Shown here: in pieces, positions 60,033-64,000 of the stretch
Position numbering within the stretch: position 1 is the stretch's first letter
Layout of the letters: each line of letters starts with the position of its first letter
Translations under genes and position numbers: made by a program
NCBI GenBank assembly: GCA_027077805.1
Contig: JALWTS010000041.1
Span: 73,234 to 137,233 of the forward strand
Origin: Gammaproteobacteria bacterium
GTDB lineage: Bacteria; Pseudomonadota; Gammaproteobacteria; JABHGC01
DNA: 64,000 bases
Direction: 5' to 3'
Notes under the pieces: model-generated
What the model saw: the letters and a program-made list of their open reading frames with translations, nothing else
Databases searched by the model: none
Told to the model about the DNA's origin: nothing

Positions 60033-60906
60033 TTATTTAATTGATTTTTTATATTTTTTGGGAATTTCTCTTAAAAATCGTGAGGCTTTTTGTGTTTGAT
60101 AAATGCTACCATAAGTCATACGATATTTTGCACAAGTTAAATACAATTGTTGCATGGCCCTAGTCATACCCACATAACATAAACGCCGTTCTTCTTCTAA
60201 TTGCTTTGCTTCTTGGCTACAGGCATAATGTGGAAACAGTCCTTCCGCCATTCCCACCATAAATACGACTGAAAATTCCAAACCTTTGGCAGCATGAATG
60301 GTCATCAACTGTACTTTCACTAAAGGATCGTTCACACCTACGGTTGTTTCGCTGGTATCTACAACCACATGGGCTAAAAAATAATCTCGTTCACTCGTCG
60401 CAATGTCTTTATCCTCTGGAAATTCAAATTGTGTCGTTGCATTGACTAATTCTTGTAAATTCGCCACCCGATTTTGGGTTACAGAATCTTTTAAACTGGC
60501 AAAATGTTCTAATAAACCGCTGTCTTAAATCACCGTATCCACTTGGGCTTCTAAACTTAAACCCATGACTTTTTGTTGCATATCAGTAATTAACTGGCAA
60601 AAATTTGCAATAGCATTGACAGCCCGTTTGGTCAAAACTTTAGTTCCACCTAATGTCATTCCTGCTTGCCATAATGAACACTTATGTTCATTGGCATATT
60701 GTTGCATTTTAGCCAAAGTCGTTTTGCCAATCCCTCTAGGCGGATGATTAATCACTCGTTCAAAAGCAGTATTATTATCAGGATTCGATAATAATTGTAA
60801 ATACGCCAAGGTATCTTTGACTTCTGCCCGTTCAAAGTTTCATCGGTGCGGTAACCGCTTCTCTTTGTTTTTGATTGAGAGAATTGATACTATATGAAAT
60901 ATCCAT
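60033..60906 (-). pseudogene. Decayed UvrD/Rep-family DNA helicase gene (large internal deletion, frameshift and in-frame TAA)
   Basis: Minus-strand start MDISYSINSLNQKQREAVTAP (UvrD residues 1-21) is fused out of frame to a region matching UvrD at about residue 300 (…ERAEVKDTLAYLQLLSNPDNNTAFERVINHPPRGIGKTTL…). There is an in-frame TAA at 60527-60525 where UvrD has VIKDSGL, and then the C-terminal …LMTIHAAKGLEFSVVF…EEERRLCYVGMTRA…SRFLREIP. The Walker A region is absent. Confidence 0.6.
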
Positions 60907-60956
60907 GACATTATTTTTCTATTCTTAAACATTTTCTTGCATCTAAAGGTACCTAA

Positions 60957-61955
<999 letters not shown>

Positions 61956-61956
61956 G

Positions 61957-62796
61957 TTATTGCGACCATTGTCGTTTCGCTTTCCCTGTATATTCAATCT
62001 GCTCACAACTAAAGGGAAAAAATGTCGCTTCAGGCTGTGAAACCGTATCTTTAAAACAAGGAAACATACCCGCAGCAAAGCAAAGAGTGATGTATAAATT
62101 ATAATCTTGTACACTCATGCCTTGATCCGCCGCTAAAGCAGCCAATAAACCTGCCACATTCATATAAATTTTGTGATGTTTAAGTTTGAATAAAACTTGC
62201 TCAATGGCAAAGGCTAATTTGACATATTCGCCTTGATCTAAGGCTAATTCTTGAGCGAATTGCATCACAGCTTGAATACGTTCATCAGTACGAATCAGAG
62301 GACGACCATAGCCTGCAATAATTTTATGCTGTTGAATTTCTAAATTAACGAGTTCGGTTAAATCTTTGCCTTGATCATAGTCAGGTTTAATACGATACAA
62401 AAAATCAATGGCTTTGGTCATAGGACAACCACCATAAATTTCAGCTTGTGATACTGCCACACCGGCACTAATCCCTAAGGCAGCGGTACTTCTGACCGTA
62501 CCTGCTAAGGCTACTACTCGATTATTCCATAAACGCAATTCAGGATAACTGGTAGATAATACCCATAAGCGTTCAAATAACCTTTGTTGTTTTTCGGTAG
62601 GAATTTTGCCTGTAATACCATATAACAATAATCCCATCCACGATAAATGATGTAATTCGGTTAATAAATCTTTACCCCGAAACACCACTCGTTCGCCAGC
62701 AAACCATGCCCCAATATCGGTTCGCCATTGTTGTTGAGCTTGGGATAATTGTTCAACTTTAGTCATTGATTTCATCCTGATTTCGTTTGGGATCAT
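61957..62796 (-). CDS. Short citrate synthase-fold protein (catalytic His/Asp not conserved)
   Basis: …LLLYGITGKIPTEKQQRLFERL… and …GYGRPLIRTDERI…NVAGLLAALAADQGM… align with the citrate synthase motifs LLLHGELPT, GYGHAVLRKTDPR and NVDAHSG. The expected His is Arg and the expected Asp is Ala. Confidence 0.5.
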   Translation of the reverse strand: MIPNEIRMKSMTKVEQLSQAQQQWRTDIGAWFAGERVVFRGKDLLTELHHLSWMGLLLYGITGKIPTEKQQRLFERLWVLSTSYPELRLWNNRVVALAGTVRSTAALGISAGVAVSQAEIYGGCPMTKAIDFLYRIKPDYDQGKDLTELVNLEIQQHKIIAGYGRPLIRTDERIQAVMQFAQELALDQGEYVKLAFAIEQVLFKLKHHKIYMNVAGLLAALAADQGMSVQDYNLYITLCFAAGMFPCFKDTVSQPEATFFPFSCEQIEYTGKAKRQWSQ

Positions 62797-63574
62797 TCAC
62801 TACATCAATTTTACCTGCAAAAAAGGGATACTGTGCCCAACCTAATTGCCGTTGTTCTAGGGCATGAACTGCGGCCCCAGGTAAACGTAGTAGCAAATAC
62901 AACATTTCGCCCTGTTCAGGATTAAAGCCTAAATCACTTAAAGCAGCCGCTGCCACACCACTCATCGCTAAGGGACATTGTGCCCATTGTTCTAATTGCC
63001 CTTGTTGTTGTTGCAAGCAAAGTAAATATTCACCTACCTGACAATCCACTAAAACAGCCAACGTTTGTTGTACGGGTTGGGCACAAGTATTGGCATAAGG
63101 ATCAAAGCCCATAGGATGTTCTGCTTCTGGCCAAACATCGGCTTGAGTGGCTGATTTGGGCTGTGATAAATATTGTTGCCATAACGCCAACGATAAACCA
63201 CAGTGTTGCCAAGCCTGCATGGCTAATAATACTTCTCTAGCTCCAGCAACCGAACCTGCCCCAACGCCTAAGGCAGCCATTAAACAAGCCGCACTACTAG
63301 ACCCACCAACGCCGCCATTCATAGCGGCTCTTACGCTATAATCTCTTGGCCCAGCATTGGCTAAAGCGATGGCTAATTTTTCTAATAACCTAGCTTGCTT
63401 GGCAGTTGGCAGTTCTAATTGAAACAACAAAAATAAATACTCAATCCAACTGGCATTGGGCAAAATATCTTGATATACATTGTAGCCACTACAATAACAG
63501 CTATCTGCCATAAATGGATGCTTGGTTTGGGCGTGTTCTTGCCAGATTTTAGTTTTAATGGTTTCTAGTTTCAT
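62759..63574 (-). CDS. Short citrate synthase-fold protein, paralog of the downstream gene
   Basis: …YLFLLFQLELPTAKQARLLEKL… and …NGGVGGSSSAACLMAALGVGAGSVAGAREVLLAM… align with the citrate synthase …HADHEQNASTSTVR…GPLHGGANEA… region without the His. It overlaps the next gene by 38 nt. Confidence 0.35.
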   Translation of the reverse strand: MKLETIKTKIWQEHAQTKHPFMADSCYCSGYNVYQDILPNASWIEYLFLLFQLELPTAKQARLLEKLAIALANAGPRDYSVRAAMNGGVGGSSSAACLMAALGVGAGSVAGAREVLLAMQAWQHCGLSLALWQQYLSQPKSATQADVWPEAEHPMGFDPYANTCAQPVQQTLAVLVDCQVGEYLLCLQQQQGQLEQWAQCPLAMSGVAAAALSDLGFNPEQGEMLYLLLRLPGAAVHALEQRQLGWAQYPFFAGKIDVVNDPKRNQDEIND

Positions 63575-63586
63575 TATAATGATTGT

Positions 63587-64000
63587 TTACTGTTGATCTC
63601 GGGTTAAAGTTTTTATTCTTACGCCCATGGGTGGCACTTCTTCAGGATCAATATGTACATCTAATAAAGTTGGCCCTTGGTGTTGACAAAACGCTTTGAA
63701 ATCCAATGTAACTAAATCTTCAGACGTGCGAATAGAATATCCTTGAGCACCTACTGATCGTGCCATTGCCGCAAAATCAACAGGTGGTAAATCAAAGCCA
63801 ATGGCTTCACCTGTTCCCAAACGTTGTCCATGTTTTACCATACCTAAGGCTTGATCATTTAAAATAATAAAAATTACAGTGAGTTGTTTTTCAATGGCAA
63901 CGGTAATTTCTTGGCCACTCATCAAATAACTACCATCACCTGTAATACATACGACAGGTGTGGATTTTTTTACTGCAGCAGCAATACCAATACTCGCACC
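63587..64000 (-). CDS. Partial CDS (C-terminal part; gene continues past the window end): thiamine-diphosphate-dependent enzyme, acetolactate synthase/benzoylformate decarboxylase family
   Basis: …GASIGIAAAVKKSTPVVCITGDGSYLMSGQEITVAIEKQLTVIFIILNDQALGMV… is the TPP-binding GDG(x)24-27N motif region. Confidence 0.6.
   Translation of the reverse strand, partial: GASIGIAAAVKKSTPVVCITGDGSYLMSGQEITVAIEKQLTVIFIILNDQALGMVKHGQRLGTGEAIGFDLPPVDFAAMARSVGAQGYSIRTSEDLVTLDFKAFCQHQGPTLLDVHIDPEEVPPMGVRIKTLTRDQQ

Overview
The window is AT-rich (about 38-40% GC, Gln/CAA-heavy codon usage) gammaproteobacterial chromosome. Synteny (pilT-pilU divergent from yggS-proC-yggT-metX-metW) resembles Pseudomonas and Thiotrichales-like genomes. 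A Beggiatoaceae-like sulfur oxidizer is plausible but not proven. Coordinates 1-43,000 are almost entirely minus-strand. In order, this stretch contains: (i) a type IV pilus / MSHA-like cluster, partial at the left edge, with three prepilin-type proteins, a PilM/N-like fusion, a PilO-like protein, an embedded PilT-family ATPase and the MshEN/T2SSE_N-domain N-terminus of a further ATPase; (ii) housekeeping genes: AIM24-family protein, PfkB-family kinase, dgkA and the glycine cleavage system gcvT-H-PA-PB; (iii) a mazEF module whose toxin gene carries an in-frame TGA; (iv) a surface polysaccharide cluster in which a markedly AT-richer block (GT2, GT4, acyltransferase-3/SGNH, a 937-aa sulfotransferase-coiled-coil-GT2 protein, two unknown proteins) abuts rmlBDAC; (v) a dacA-like carboxypeptidase, rpoH and cysE; (vi) a trio of small secreted proteins: two near-identical Gly/Tyr/Trp/Pro-rich paralogs flanking a charged coiled-coil protein, which are candidate sulfur-globule or other periplasmic structural proteins; (vii) a complete Bat/MoxR operon (MoxR, DUF58, DUF4381-like, BatA, BatB, BatC with a hyper-acidic tandem-repeat region, BatD); (viii) a vapBC module and moaE, moaD, moaC. 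The right third is mostly plus-strand: rph, rdgB, a 760-aa VWA-like protein, an Hsp20 gene behind a near-consensus sigma-32 promoter, a tyrosine integrase with an alpha/beta hydrolase near tRNA-Arg(CCG), and a DksA-like factor with a degenerate zinc finger. After these come a porin behind a simple-sequence-repeat-rich upstream region and a pilU-pilT pair, where pilT carries a G10 homopolymer inside its coding sequence. The window ends with yggS-proC-yggT-metX-metW, a decayed uvrD/rep helicase pseudogene, hemB, two tandem short citrate-synthase-fold paralogs lacking the catalytic His/His/Asp, and a partial TPP-enzyme gene. No CRISPR array, rRNA or IS element was seen.
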